From: Zygnema circumcarinatum SAG 698-1b
Lineage: Eukaryota; Plantae; Zygnematophyceae
Reading direction: 5' to 3'
NCBI GenBank assembly: GCA_037447605.1
Contig: CM074818.1
Span: 1,190,619-1,254,616 of the forward strand
Length of the DNA: 63,998 nucleotides
The notes under the pieces: generated by a model
Seen by the model: the letters and a program-made list of their open reading frames with translations, nothing else
Told to the model about the DNA's origin: nothing
The model's database searches: none
Program-made: the position numbers and the translations under genes
Shown: one piece after another, positions 26,090-38,977 of the stretch
How the letters are laid out: every line of letters starts with the position of its first letter
How positions within the stretch are numbered: position 1 is the stretch's first letter

Positions 26090-26320
26090 TCCCTTCGCGC
26101 GATGTGATGTGGCGCACATCGATCGGCGATCTTCGTGGCTGCTTCGAGGGAGGGCTTGCGGCGTTGTTGAGCCGAGGCGCAGCTCTCCGCTCCAAGTTTT
26201 GTTCTTTTGCCCTTAGGTCCTCTGCGACCAGTTCGTTCCTCGTGGTTCCTTCCCCATGCTGATGTTGGCCATGTACATTTGATGGCATCACCGCCATCGT
26301 GAGATGAATGTCACATCCCA
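26090..26320 (-). mobile_element. Degenerate dispersed repeat (copy B), inverted relative to 2770-2935
   Basis: ccatgtacatttgatggcatcaccgccatcgtgagat is the reverse complement of the 2779-2812 core; ttcgcgcgatgtg at 26093 matches the reverse complement of ~2923-2936. Confidence 0.6.
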
Positions 26321-26821
26321 CCTTTAGTTTGTAGGTAGGAGTGTCACTTTTTGCGGCAAGTCCAGCTTAAAAAAACGATCCATTTTACCATTTGTCTTTC
26401 GCTCCGCTTGAAGCGCCCATCTATAACCAATTTGCTTCAGTATACAGTTTTTTCAACATCCAAATCTCATATTCTCGTATGGAATTAGACTTTACTTTCA
26501 TTATCAGTCTCCAGCTAGTAGTGCTTGTTGAAATTTAGACACATCCAATGCGAAACTAGATAGATAGTCGACAAGCTGTATTGTGTTGTTGTTGGGAAAA
26601 AGTAAGAAGTCCTCAACCAATCGCTTTTTTCGAAATTTCTTTCATATCGCGTGGAATTTCTATGTGCTTTTTTTTTGAGAGTTGTGAGCTTTGACGAGCA
26701 AGAACAAGAAGTGAACCACAACGAACAATCGATAAAGTCATCTCCTCGATAAAGGCATCCAGAGCTTTCGCCCGTGCTCTCGCATCCTCTCCCTCCCTCC
26801 TCCCCTCTCTCCCTCGCGGCC

Positions 26822-29800
26822 ATGGACCGCCTCTTGAGGGCCGCGCGGGCGTCGGGCTCTCTGGACCTCCGGGACAGAGGCTTGCAGTAAGCCGCCCCGC
26901 GCCTTCCCCGGTCGCGCCCTGCCTTCGTTGCCGCATACCTGCTGGCGGAGGCCAGAATGCGGGGCTGTCCTTTGCCCTCTGATTTGCTGTTTCTGGTTTT
27001 TGAACGTCCTCATGTGACTGAGCGGGATCTGCAGGGAGGTCCCGTCTCAAGTCTACGAACTCTTGGAAAAGATTGATGATAGCGAAAAGTGGTGGGAGGT
27101 GAGGCCGAAGCATATGATTCAAAGTCAAACTCGCAGGTTGCTATCACATTGCATGCAATTTGCTATGGCATCGTCAATGGTGACACCTGCGCCGTTCAAC
27201 TGCCAGACGAGAGGTCTCTTCCTCTCATACGTATCTTGGGTTCTAGGTCCTTCGTCCCTTCCTGTTCAGTGGTTTGTTCCTTCAGCCAACTGATGTTTCC
27301 AATACAGCATCTCGGTGTTTAAGCAATGGTATGTCCAGTCATGTGCTGCCCATACATTCTGAAGTGATTATGCTTCCGAACACTGCGAACCTTAGAGGAG
27401 GGCAATCTACGTTTAAGCCTGTCATAACATTCTTCGTTGTCTGTCAATGGTTCATTCTTTTGGATGCACATTTGTAACTAATTGAGAAGGTTTACGACTC
27501 TAGCAAGCTGCAATGTTCTGAGCAGGTGACGGATCTCCAAAAGCTACAACTCGCCCACAACGGCATTCAAGAGATTTCAGAACATATAAGCAAACTTGCA
27601 TCATTGACTCTTGTGGACATCAGCCATAACCAGCTTACAACATGTCCGGATGCCTTCGGAACGTGAGTTATGATCGTATCCAATTTATTATGGAGATGGT
27701 GATCCAGCTTTCAATAGTGTACAGGGGTAGATTATATTTACTTATAGTACATTTTTGGACGTTCTGAGGATGGCTGTGGTTGACTCCTGATGATTATCTT
27801 TATTTTGGCACAACAGATTAATTAACCTAAAGATTTTGAGCCTTTCAAACAACCAGCTGACGGAGCTTCCAACTGAATTGGGTCAAGCAATTGCATTGGT
27901 CAGGTAAGCTCTTCTCCCCCACTTAGTCACCACAGATGTGGGAAATTCTTCGTAAATACTTCTTCGTCATCCCCCCCGGATTCACGACAAAAGGAGGTTG
28001 TGACATTGTGAGGTTACCAGATACAGATGGAAGCAGTGAAATATCGGTACATTTTATGGACTGAAATTAAGTGTTGACACGGTAACGTGTTGAGAGACTT
28101 TAACAGGTCAAACCATTGTCTGAGCAATTGGCAAACCATTGTTTAGCACTGGTTTGCTAGCCAATGGTTGCGAATATTCACTGGCAATGGCTGGCTAGAT
28201 CTGGCATTCATTGATTTGAGCCATTGGCAAATCGTTGTAGACGAGTGAATCCAATGGTTTGAAGTATTGGCCATAATTGGCTAGGTCTTCAAACCAATGG
28301 TTGGTTGAGGCAACTATGGAAGCATGGAAAGCAATGATTGCTTGTGACCATTTCCACTGCCACCTCGTTGCCTTCTCGGTTCCCCTAGCTGGCTAGCTTC
28401 TATATCTTCTCTATAGTAGTAAGACAGTAACCTTGAAGCATTGCTCCTGGTCGATCATGGAGAACCAATCCTTGCAAGAACTAGTTAGTTCGGTTGTAAA
28501 TGATTGAGGTTGACGGGGGATAGGAGGCAGCTGCTATAGTGGTAGCTATCTGGTATGGAAGCAAGGCTGACTTGCTGAGCGGTTGTCAAACTAGGGGAAG
28601 GAAGATTATAGAGGATCCACTTATGCATTATACTTGGCTGACACTAGCTGCTCTTGCATTACAAACAAGGGATCGAATTCCACGGGCTCGTATTGCCATG
28701 CCGAGTGATGAGGAAGAGAGGAGCACCTCCCGCCACACATTGTAGCGTGCTGGACAATACTTGTATTGTTTGGCCTCCGGACGTTCGTTGCCCGCTTGCA
28801 TCAGTTGTGCACTCGCTCTTTCCACGACAGGGCGATGGATGGCAGAGGATGGGTTCCTGTTGCTTCTTTGCGGCATGGTCCGTACAGCAAGTGGAACTGT
28901 CATACAACGACAGCTAATGCCCCCCACGAGGGTCGGAGGAGGAGAGACTCAGACGACCTGCGTGGCCATGGCCTTGTTGTCGCCGAAGTCACTCTGTGGG
29001 CGGGTGAGGCGTGCCACAGACGCTGATTAGAATCGCCGTTGTCATTCGATCGACCCAAGTCAAGAGCATGCATAAAACCTACGCATTCAAGCATCTTGTT
29101 GGAAGCCCCTCGAAGGTGCATATATACTCCTCATGCTGTGGAGCCGAGAAGCTTCTATGACGTCGTACGGAAGCCGCCCTCTTCGGGGGCTTAAATATTA
29201 TTATTATTGGTCGCCAAAGCAGCGGTGAGCGCGCCCCTTGTACGCGTAGTTTTCCGAATGCGCAACAAAGGCTTTTAGTACTGAGCAGGTTTGGGCAGCC
29301 CGGAGCCGCCTTGACGTAGTCGGCCAATACGCCACTCCTCGTATTGGCCGAAAGTTTCCGCTAGGCTGCTTGCTGTTGCTCGCACGAAGTGGATCTGATG
29401 CAACTTGATCGAAGATAGTGCTCTCCTTGTTTGACGCCTGAAGCAGCAGCCGGTTAGCACAGCCGGTTCCTTGCGTCGCATGACGAGGGTGGTACGGCGA
29501 CCTAAGCCGTTGCAGGGCACTGAACGTAGGAGAGAGTCCTAGCGGGCGGGCGTTGATCCTTGGCATTTGTGCGTTGTCAAAAGTGTGAATGCAACGGTTT
29601 CGAACAAGCAAGCAAACAAACACCTTTCGCGCATAATACTTTTTTCTATACGTATTTTTCATCAAATTCCATGAAACCAGTATTTTTTTTGTATATTTCG
29701 TACATTTCGTTAGTTATTATTTGTAGTCATTAGTCATCAGACTTCACATTCAAAAAGGCGTGGCAAGTTATCCCACGCGCTAACGTGTGAACGCGCATCC

Positions 29801-32800
29801 CGACTCTTTTGACGGCAGCGCCGGGGGGTCACTAAGTTTGTCTTGGTCAAGTTAGTCACATATTGTCAACCGCGGGAGTACAATGTTCAATCCCACTATA
29901 CTCATGTTTTAGGCATTCCATTTGTGCGTTTCATGCACATTGCGCTTCTATGGTTTCATCCATTGGCAGTGGTTGGCAATCATTGGCTAACCAGCATGGT
30001 TTGAACCATTCCAGAAGTCTTTGTAGTCCTCTTCAAATGGCGAGTAGTTCGTGACCTCGTGCAACTTGCCGGGAATATGAAGTACAGGTTCAATGTTCGT
30101 AGTGTTGGTAGGGCCCAAAGATATGTTGTTATGGTCTGACCTCCTTGGCTATGGTTGCTTCCAGTTTGGGGATCAAACCGAGCATTTAGCCTTGTGGATG
30201 CTTTCCACGTTGATGTTTAATTTTTAGGGTTCTTAGAGTTTTTGGTAATCCATAGTATTAGAAACTTTGACGTGCAAGTGGTCACTTGTTCCACTTACAA
30301 TGCCCGTGACGGATACCGTCTACACAACTTATGGAACGGAACAACTAAAAAAAATATGAGCTTTTATGTTTGTGTTTTTTGACGTTATGATTCAATATCA
30401 TGCTTGCACTGGTTTGCAAAAGGAAGTTAGGCTTAGACGTGATGCAGTTGAGATTCCCTGATATGCAGCATTCAGGAGAACTTAATAAAATTCTGTGCCT
30501 TTGTCATTGAAGTGAGAATAAACCAGGAGGAAACCTTAAAGCTGATCCCATTGCATTTCCGATGAGTTGTGAAGCCTCTCTCCATGTGGGAAGAGTGCCC
30601 AGTCGGCGTCTACCCACTCTGTGATTTACTGCATGTAGGGCGAAGGTGCTTGGAAACTTACACGATTGTTTCTGTAGACTTGTTGGCAGTACAAAGTGAT
30701 ATCGCGATGATTACGGAATCAGTGACTCGGCTGCATGGATTTTGTTTTACAAAACATTTTGTCTTCCTCATTCCTGCTCTCTGTGTTGAAAACTGACGGC
30801 ACAAGTGATTGTCTTCTGAACACTGACACGTGCCCTTAATGATTTAATGATCTTGTTTCATAGTTAGAGATACAACTAGGTGTGCACATGGAAGCAATAT
30901 ATGTCAGTGTTATTAATGGGCTTAATTTCAATTTCTTTGAGCTTTTAGAGCTCATTATTGATCACGCGAATGATGTCCGTTTGTAGTTGTTTAGTTTTAC
31001 ATCAAGGATGCCAGTTTGTAGCTCAACTCAAATTTGCACAGGTGCTTCATTGTGTTTTGGGTAGCCACCTTGTGTCATACAGAAACCATTTCTAACGACA
31101 GTGGACATTCTGAGTATTGGATGCAGACTCGACATTTCGCACAACAAGCTCTCCAGACTCCCTGACTCACTTGGAGATTGCCGGAATCTCGTCGAGCTGA
31201 AGGTGTGCTCTCCCACCTCCTACGCTGCCCGATACCCAAAAGATTCGCAATGAATTGGCCCTCCCCGACATGCAACCCATCTCCACCAATTGCCATTGCA
31301 GGAAATATGTGGAGAATATGTGGCAATTGGTGGAGATGGGTTGCCTCTCTGTACGACTCAGTAATAATAGCTCGTGTTCAAAGTGCTGAGGGGATGCGAT
31401 CCTTCACATGTTTCCTATCGTGTTTGGTGTGCCCGCAGGTCTGCTCGTGGCCACTGTCTTTGCATGATAGCTTTTGTCGGTCCTGTAATGGCCTCAGGCC
31501 ATCGTGTGGCTGACAGGCAGAGCGCTTCTGACTGACTGACTGACTGGCCGGTTGGCTGACTGACTAACTAACTAACCGACCGACCGACCGGCCGACTGAC
31601 CGACCGACTGACTGACTGACTGACTGACTGACTGACTGACCGACTGACTGACTGACTGACTGAACTGAAGTTGCCCAGTTGTTATATATTGTTCCAGCTC
31701 GCTAGTTTCACTGCGCTCGTCGCTCGCTTCGCTCGCCAGCTAAAGCGGCTGCTGTTGTTTCGTTGATTTCTTGTAAAAAGCTTTCTATCATTTCGTGTGT
31801 TCTTCTTGACTGTCGCAGTGTGTGAGCGCGTGCAGGCGCAGAGCAACCGTCTAACGGCGATTCCCTTGTCCCTCTGCGCGTGCGCAAACCTCTCCCGTCT
31901 GCACGTGCAGGCAGGCCTCCGCCGACACGCCCTGCCCGCTGCACACGGGGCTGGCAAAGCTCTTTATCGGATCTATTGTCTCCAGTCTGCAGCATCCTGT
32001 CGCATTATTTTTGGAGAAAATACGTGGGGCCTTCTTGCTTGCCTTCTGAAGAAACAGATTGACCGAAGATCGTTTGGTCTAGTTTCTCCTTTTGTAGCTT
32101 TTGCTCGTGTTACTTTTGCATGTACTTTTAAAATTTCTCCATTGACTGGTAGCCATGGTGGTCTTAATTTCGCTGCATAGCATTGCAATGTCTTGCAACC
32201 TACATACCTTCAGAACTCTAAGCCCGACATTTGCCTGTACCTTTCCATACAGCCATAACCTTGAGGCTTACCCATTCCTCTCGTTCTTTTACTTTTCCTA
32301 CAACTACATGACGCGCTCATGGTAGTGGCACGTGCAGGATAATCAACTGACCACGTTTCCAGATGGATTTTTTGAATCTCTTTCCAGTCTTTCGGAGGTT
32401 CATGCAGGTGGGGCTTCTTGGATCTACTCTTCTTCCCCCATTCCTATAACAAACTTGTTGCTCCTTTGCAAGGATGAGCTGTTACGTCACCTTTGACTTG
32501 CTTGTTCTTTGAGAGAACACTGGAATATCAATCTTCCGCTCCTATTTGTTTCTTGTGCAGGACAAAACAAATTGATTTCTCTGCCGGAAGGTGTGGGCAG
32601 TCTCACGCGACTGGTTAGGCTTGACCTCCACCAGAACAGTAAGCCTTCGCTGCTTATGGCTCCCTCCTCCCCTGCGAGAGTTGAAGCTTCATCGCCTCTT
32701 AAACCTCGCACTCTTAACTGCCATGTAACGCCCCTTCCGTGCTTCACAAGGACCCGCACGTGCGGGGCGCAGAGCTGGCGGTGGTGCCCCCAACGCTGGG

Positions 32801-35800
32801 CAGCTGCACAGCTCTCGCAGAGCTCTTTCTCGGGTCGGACTCTCGCCCTCATTGGAAGGGGCAGATGCCACCTCCCAATTCGGCATGCAGCTGTGCAGTT
32901 TGTTGCTTTTTGGCCTCTCGTTTGAGCATTTTTTGAAGCCAGTCTTTGAGAACTGATGCATGGCTTCATGTCTGGAGAGTGAGATTTGAGAATTTGTTGA
33001 CCCCAGTCTTTGAGAACTGATGCATGGGTTCATGTCTGGAGAGTGAGATTTGGCTAAGTCTCACACCAGCATGACGTTTTTACGACTGCATTTGTCAAAC
33101 GGTCTGGTCTTTTTGCAAAGGGCCACGTGTTGCAATTGATGTACCATCGTGAAAGTCCAACTTGAAGAATTTTAGCCGTATTCAAATGATTTCGCTTGAA
33201 ATGAATGGATTGAACAGAGCGAACCAATTGCGAACACTTCCCGATGAGATTGGAAGCTTGTCAAGTTTGGGGACCCTCACCTTAAACGACAATCAGGTAT
33301 TTACGAAGCCACTTTCCGAGGCTTGTGTTTAACCGCTGCATTCATGGTCGACCCGGAAACAAGTCAGCTACTCACAGCAATCACAGAAAAAATGGCCTGT
33401 TCCAGTATTTCCCTTTTCTTTTTTGGGTTTTGGGTCGGGTCAATTTCCACCCAAAATCTTCGCTGTGCTATCTGCCTCATCCTTGCGATCATATTCAATA
33501 TTAAAAAAAAAAACCCACCATGCCTCTAAACTTCAGATACCAAGTGCCGCATTCTAGTTTGTTGGCAACAACCTTTTAGAAAGTTTGTGTCAGACTTCAT
33601 CCTCCTCCTCCTCATGGGCGGGCGGCCGCAGCTGACCGCTGTTCCCGAGGGCATTTGTCGGCTAGCGCTGAACTCTCTTGACTTGAGTAACAACGACTTG
33701 GGGGCTCTCCCTGCGGAGCTCGGTAGGCCGCGGCCTCTGAGGGCTGCATGTGGACAAGGGGGGTGGTGAGAGAGAGAGGGAGAGAGGGGTGGTGGAGGGG
33801 GGGGAGGCAAGGGGGGACAATGGGGGGGGGGGCAAACGGGGGGTAACGTGGGGTAAAAAGGAGGCAATGCGCGGGAAGGGGAGTGGGGAAACAGGGGGGC
33901 ACGATGGGGGACAAAGGAAGCAAGGAAGGGGCAAACGGGGAGGGTGATGGGGGCAAAAGAGGATCCAAATTGTGGCGCAAGGGGTGGCAAGTTGGGGGAA
34001 AGTGGGGGACAGGAGGGGCCAAATGATCGCAACAGGGCAAAGGGAGGCAAGGGAGGAGCAAAGGGGGGAGTAAGGGACGGGCAAAGGGAAGAAGGGGGAG
34101 TGTAAGGAGGGGGGACAAGTGGGGGACGAGGGGGGGGAAGTGGGGGTGATGGCAAGGGAGGGGCAAAAGGGGAGCCAAAGGGTTGAAGGGGCGCAAGGGA
34201 GCCGCGGGGCCTGACGGCAGTCGGGGCCTAAAAGCCCTAAAAACCCTAAAACCCCTAAAAACCCTAAAAACTCTGCGCTGCAGGGCGGATGCTCGAGCTG
34301 CGCTGCCTCGCACTGGCCGGGAACCCTCTCAAATCCCTGCGGAGGTGGGCCTCCGCTTGCCGCCTTCGCAGAGGGACAGTTTTTCAATGTTGATGCTGTT
34401 CGACGAAACAGAGAAGAGACACACCCAAAGCTTGACACGGTGGGAGTAGGTGGGTTGGCTTTACAGCTTGCTAGTGAACGGTCCCACTCCCGCGCTCCTC
34501 GAATATCTCAGAACCCGCCTTCCTTCGCCTGATGGTGCGTCTCTTGCGCCATGTTCGATTATTGTCGCTCTCAAGGCATGGCGGTGCTGATTCACTCATA
34601 GGAAATTACGTCGTTGGGGTTCTGCTTTCAGCCGCAGAACCCCAACAAATGAGCACACGTGAATGATTTTTCTGGGCAGTATTCCACGCCCTTAGCTCTG
34701 GGAGGTCCATTGCCTTCTGGGGGAATTGCCTCTCCTGAATGATTGCATGCTTGCGATTTGTGCAAGTTATCTTATCTGAATCCGCTTCAGTGTCTGGATA
34801 TGAATGCATTGTTCCATATGAGTTAGTCGACGGAGTAGCATGGATCGGAACTGGGGGCGGGTACAGAGGAGAGCGCAGTGGCAGCTTTTGGGCAGCAGCT
34901 GGTAGTGGAGTCGCGGCAGGCAGCAAGCAGCGGGGTGGGTGGGGTCCGCCGCTTTAACTTCACACATTGAGCCCTTTTGATATGGCACCCTGCATCTGCC
35001 GCGGTTGCAGTCAAGGGCTGCAGACCAGTTGCTGTTCTGCCCTTGTCCGACTTGCTTCAAAATCTTCACCTTTGGACGAGGGGCTTATGTGGCCTTAGCC
35101 CATAGTATTGGTGTGGTGGCAGCAGTAGGTGTGGAAGTTTTTTTTTCAGGGCAGGGGCAGTTAGGGCCTGAAACATTGGTTTTTATCTGTTGTAGAGACT
35201 GAGTTGCTCTCAGCCTCGCCCCTTGTTGTTGCTCTGAGTGTTTTTTTGGAGTTTTGTGCAGAAATTGATGCTGAGTGGTAAACAACTGAATGAAGTCCCA
35301 GCAACCGTTTGGGAAACACTTGGCATTTCCTCCCTTGACCTCTCCAACAATCGCATTTCCTGCCTCCCGCAGCAGATGTCGGCCTGCTCTTCTTTGCAGG
35401 CACGCACTCGCCGTTGCCGTTTCCATGACTTGCGCGGGAATCGCTCTTCTTTGGCCTTTCTTTCTTGATGTGGAAGCTCGGGCTAATGCCTGTCTGTGAA
35501 GGTCGCTCGTTCTTCATTTTGATGTCGACAGAATCTAGAGCTGGCGAAAAATCAGATTCAGGATTGGCCGACGGAGGTTTTGGGAGCTCTCTCATGTTTG
35601 CGCCGTCTCAGCCTTTCGCGCAATCCTCTGAGACCGGTGAGCCTCTGGCGATGGCAGGAGAGGATCGTCCTCTCAGCGGTGTAAGAGAAGTGTATGAGAA
35701 GTCAGCTACTGTCTGTATGGCTACGTCGAGTGGCTCACGGACCTGAAAGTATAAACCTCTCCAGGGAAAGCAGTGTGTTGTCTAGATTGAAGTCGATAGT

Positions 35801-37635
35801 TCAGGCGGATTCCACACATTCATGATTTTGTTGACGACTATCTTCAACCCTGCTGGCAAGCTGCGGATTTGATACCAGCGCTTCTGAGTCCTTCCAAGGA
35901 AGGAAGGGCTCTTCTTCCTTTTCCTTTCTTTTTTCTTCTTTCTTCTTTCTTCTTTCTTCTTTCTTTCTTCTTTCTTCTTTCTTCTTTCTTCTTTCTTCTT
36001 TCTTCTTTCTTCTTTCTTCTTTCTTCTTTCTTCTTTCTTCTTTCTTCTTTCTTCTTTCTTCTTTCTTCTTTCTTCTTTCTTCTTTCTTCTTTCTTCTTTC
36101 TTCTTTCTTCTTTCTTCTTTCTTCTTTCTTCTTTCTTCTTTCTTCTTTCTTCTTTCTTCTTTCTTCTTTCTTCTTTCTTCTTTCTTCTTTCTTCTTTCTT
36201 CTTTCTCTTTCTTCTTTCTTCTTTCTTCTTCTTCTTTTCTTCCTTCTTCCTTCCTTCGCTCAGCGCTGGTCGGTCGAATGCAGCTTCCGGCGGGTGCTTT
36301 AAGAGCCGTCCCTTCGCTGCGAGCGTTGGACCTTAGCGGATGCGGGGGAGCCCTCCCAAGGGACGATGGGGCGGCGCTGACCGGCCTGCGTTCGCTGGAG
36401 GAGCTGCGCTTGGGGTACGGAATCGGCACTTGATTCCTTCATGGACCGGGAGGAGGAGGGGAGGGTGCAGGAGGACCAACTCGCTTAGTATTAGTGAGAT
36501 AAAGGGTGACTCCAGCCACGGCTGCTTTAACTGGCCATACAGCACACAGACTTTAAGGACCTCTGGTGGATCTTTCATTCGCATAAGGAGCGGTTTGCCA
36601 CTGCTTTTAGACGGTTCTGTTAGGTTGAATGTGTATGTATTCAGATGCAATGGTCGGTGATCTGCGTTTGTAGACCTCCTGAGCTGCGTTTATTGAACTC
36701 CTTTTCATGAACACCCGGCAATGTGCATGGCGCAAGCAGGAGCATGCGTCTGCAGGAGTTTCCGTGCCAAGTGACGTGTCTCTCACAACTTCGTATTTTG
36801 GATGTGAGCCAGAACAGCATCAACGCTGTGCCGGAGGTGATGGGCCCACCCTCTGCGAAACAAAAGCCGGTCAACATCTGTCACGGAGATCATCTCAGTT
36901 GCTTTTTGCTTTTGGCTGCCTGCGTTTTTAAAGTGGTAACGAGTCGCTTTGCTGAGCTCCGGGACCGTCTGGTGATGTCTAAACGCGTGCAGGCTTTGAT
37001 TCAACTCAAAGTTTTGGAGGAGTTGGACTTGACCAATAACGACATCACCCAGTTACCCTTCAGGCTGGTGAGTAGTACCGATTCGAAAATGCGAGGCCTA
37101 TTCCGGCGCCTTTGTCGTAGTTGATTCGGAGAGAGATAGCCGAATGAACCTATGAACACGCATGGTATCCCTGCAGGTTGTTTGAGAGGCAAAATCTCAG
37201 TGCCTATCTTTTCTTCCGCAGCTAATGGTTCTGCTGGGGGAGGCTTGAGCTGTTGTTCCTTGGATGCTTAGGGACTGATGGACTCACTTCAGGCTCTTCG
37301 CCTCGACGGCAACCCACTCCGCAGGTTTGGCTCTTCCTCCTCCTGCTCGCCGCATTCCATATGAGCTCAAGGTCCATAGCCAATAAGGCCGCTTGGATTT
37401 CAATGGTGCCCTCTTTTTCATGCTTGTGTTTGTTCAATGGACATGAAGCAGCGACCCAACTAGTCTGGAGGGGACTTGCATCAAGTTGAATGAGTGCACG
37501 TTTGTGATGTTTCTGTGCATCTTGTTTGAGTGAGAGCTCTGCTGCGCTGGTTGTACCGTGTGCAGCATTCGGAGGCCTATTCTAGCTCAAGGGACGAAAG
37601 CGGTCTTAAGTTATCTGAGAGACAAAATCCAGTGA
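26822..37635 (+). CDS. Intracellular leucine-rich repeat protein, LRRC40 / At3g15410-like
   Basis: N-terminus MDRLLRAARASGSLDLRDRGLQ|EVPSQVY...KWWE|VTDLQKLQLAHN; about 20 exons of LxxLxLxxNxL repeats; internal GNPLKSLRS|LLVNGPTPALLEYLRTRL; C-terminus LRLDGNPLR|SIRRPILAQGTKAVLSYLRDKIQ*. This two-block architecture is typical of LRRC40. Confidence 0.9.
28399..29836 (+). mobile_element. Decayed, internally deleted Helitron in LRR intron 4 (27904-31126)
   Basis: 5' TCTATATCTTCTCTATAGTAGTAA start. Pif1-helicase relics FGGLNIIIIG-RQ (29182-29217) and, in the same frame, VLAESFR*A (29341-29367); Walker-B-like LVVAEVTL (~28973). 3' cggcagcgccg hairpin (29813-29823) followed by CTAA(G)T. Confidence 0.6.
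31528..31662. repeat. (GACT)n/(GACC)n tetranucleotide microsatellite, intronic
   Basis: Directly visible. Confidence 0.9.
32938..33052. repeat. Intronic direct duplication (~50 bp unit, ~64 bp period)
   Basis: ccagtctttgagaactgatgcatgg(c/g)ttcatgtctggagagtgagatttg occurs twice. Confidence 0.9.
33755..34270. repeat. G-run/purine-rich intron ending in telomere-like CCCTAAAA repeats
   Basis: Many GGGG tracts, then gcctaaaagccctaaaaaccctaaaacccctaaaaaccctaaaaa at 34225-34270. Confidence 0.85.
35908..36257. repeat. TTC/TTTC compound microsatellite, intronic
   Basis: Pure T/C tandem array; explains the KKEERRK and FFLLSSF artefact ORFs. Confidence 0.95.
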
Positions 37636-38977
37636 GCAGCGCCATATCTTCACACGTGTGAAGATCAGTTGCAACCGCATTCAAAGAAGAGTCTATCCTC
37701 GCGACATCGGAGCTGCATCCAACTGTGCCCACTGTCTCCCTCCCTCTGCAGCCAGTGGAGCTGCAGCGCACGCTTATAGACGGATGGCTCCAGTTTCAAT
37801 GAGGTGTCACGCCCGTCCAAAGCTTGGTTGCAGGACACTTTTCTTCTGTCCAAAGCTTCCCACTTCAGTGCAAACGGATGCCCTGTTTTTGTGGGCACTC
37901 AGAGAGGCGGCACTCTTGCAGAGTCCTGCCTGTGCCCCGGCCGGCCGTGTGTTCAGCTGCATTCCGCCCTTTGCAGGCACCGCTACGCTGCCGAAGGCAG
38001 GAGGAATCGTTTTAAAATTTGAATACAAACAGGCGTGCGTGGGAGCGTGTGCACGCTCACCGTCATGTCACGTCCAGAAATATGAAAGGCGTTGTTGAAT
38101 TCCCTCCGCTGACCGGACGGGCGGGCGGTGATGCGACGCAGGGAGGGTTGGGTTGCAGTGCTGGCAGTCATCGCCGTGCACTGCGCACACCTCATGTCAA
38201 CATCAATGTAATGTTTATATTTCCTGCCTAGTTTTAGTGCGAATTGTCACAGGTTCGTCCCATGTACCAGCCAGCCAGTTTAGCAGCCATGGAATGACAC
38301 GTGTTATGTGATGAGGTTGTAATCTACCACCCAACAGCGAACCCATCTTGGCACTTTTCACGAATAAAAAAGCTTCTGTGTTCCTTGTTTGCTGATTTTA
38401 GCAAGGACAAAAAACGATGTCAGCAAGCTCTTCACTATGGTTGTACTGCTTCCCGCGCTGACCTCACAGTACTGCACTGCATCCTTGGCCCACCCGTTCT
38501 GAAGACGTGTGGTGCAAAATAACTCTAGGAGGGCGCAAAGCCAACGTGGGATCGCTCCTGCTGGTAATCGTTTCCTCATTCCAAAGGAGACGGTCCTTTG
38601 GATCCCAATGCCACACTCCTTCCGAGACCCCCTTAATGCCGTTCAGGGGCTGCATTTAGGGTTTTCGGATCCGCAGCACTGGGCAGGGGATAAGGAAGAT
38701 TGCACATATCTGACCAGTCGCGAAGTCTTCACCGCTGCAGTTGAATGACTGAATATTTTGATCATATTAAAGATAGGTGGCAACGAGACAGCGAGCATAG
38801 AGCTCTGTCAGAGAGGAGTGAGCCATCACGGGGAACCTCCCCAACACTGAACGCTATTCCTACCTGTGCTTACCAAATGTTGGAAGGCGTCCTACACGAT
38901 ATTTACAAACCACAAAGCCGACCAATTTACAACCGTCAAAATATGAAGATTGGCGCTAAACAGCTGCAAATATCTCC

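Noticed and set aside
35782-36429. KKEERRK coiled-coil-like and FFLLSS membrane-like ORFs
   Set aside because: Translations of an intronic TTC/TTTC microsatellite.
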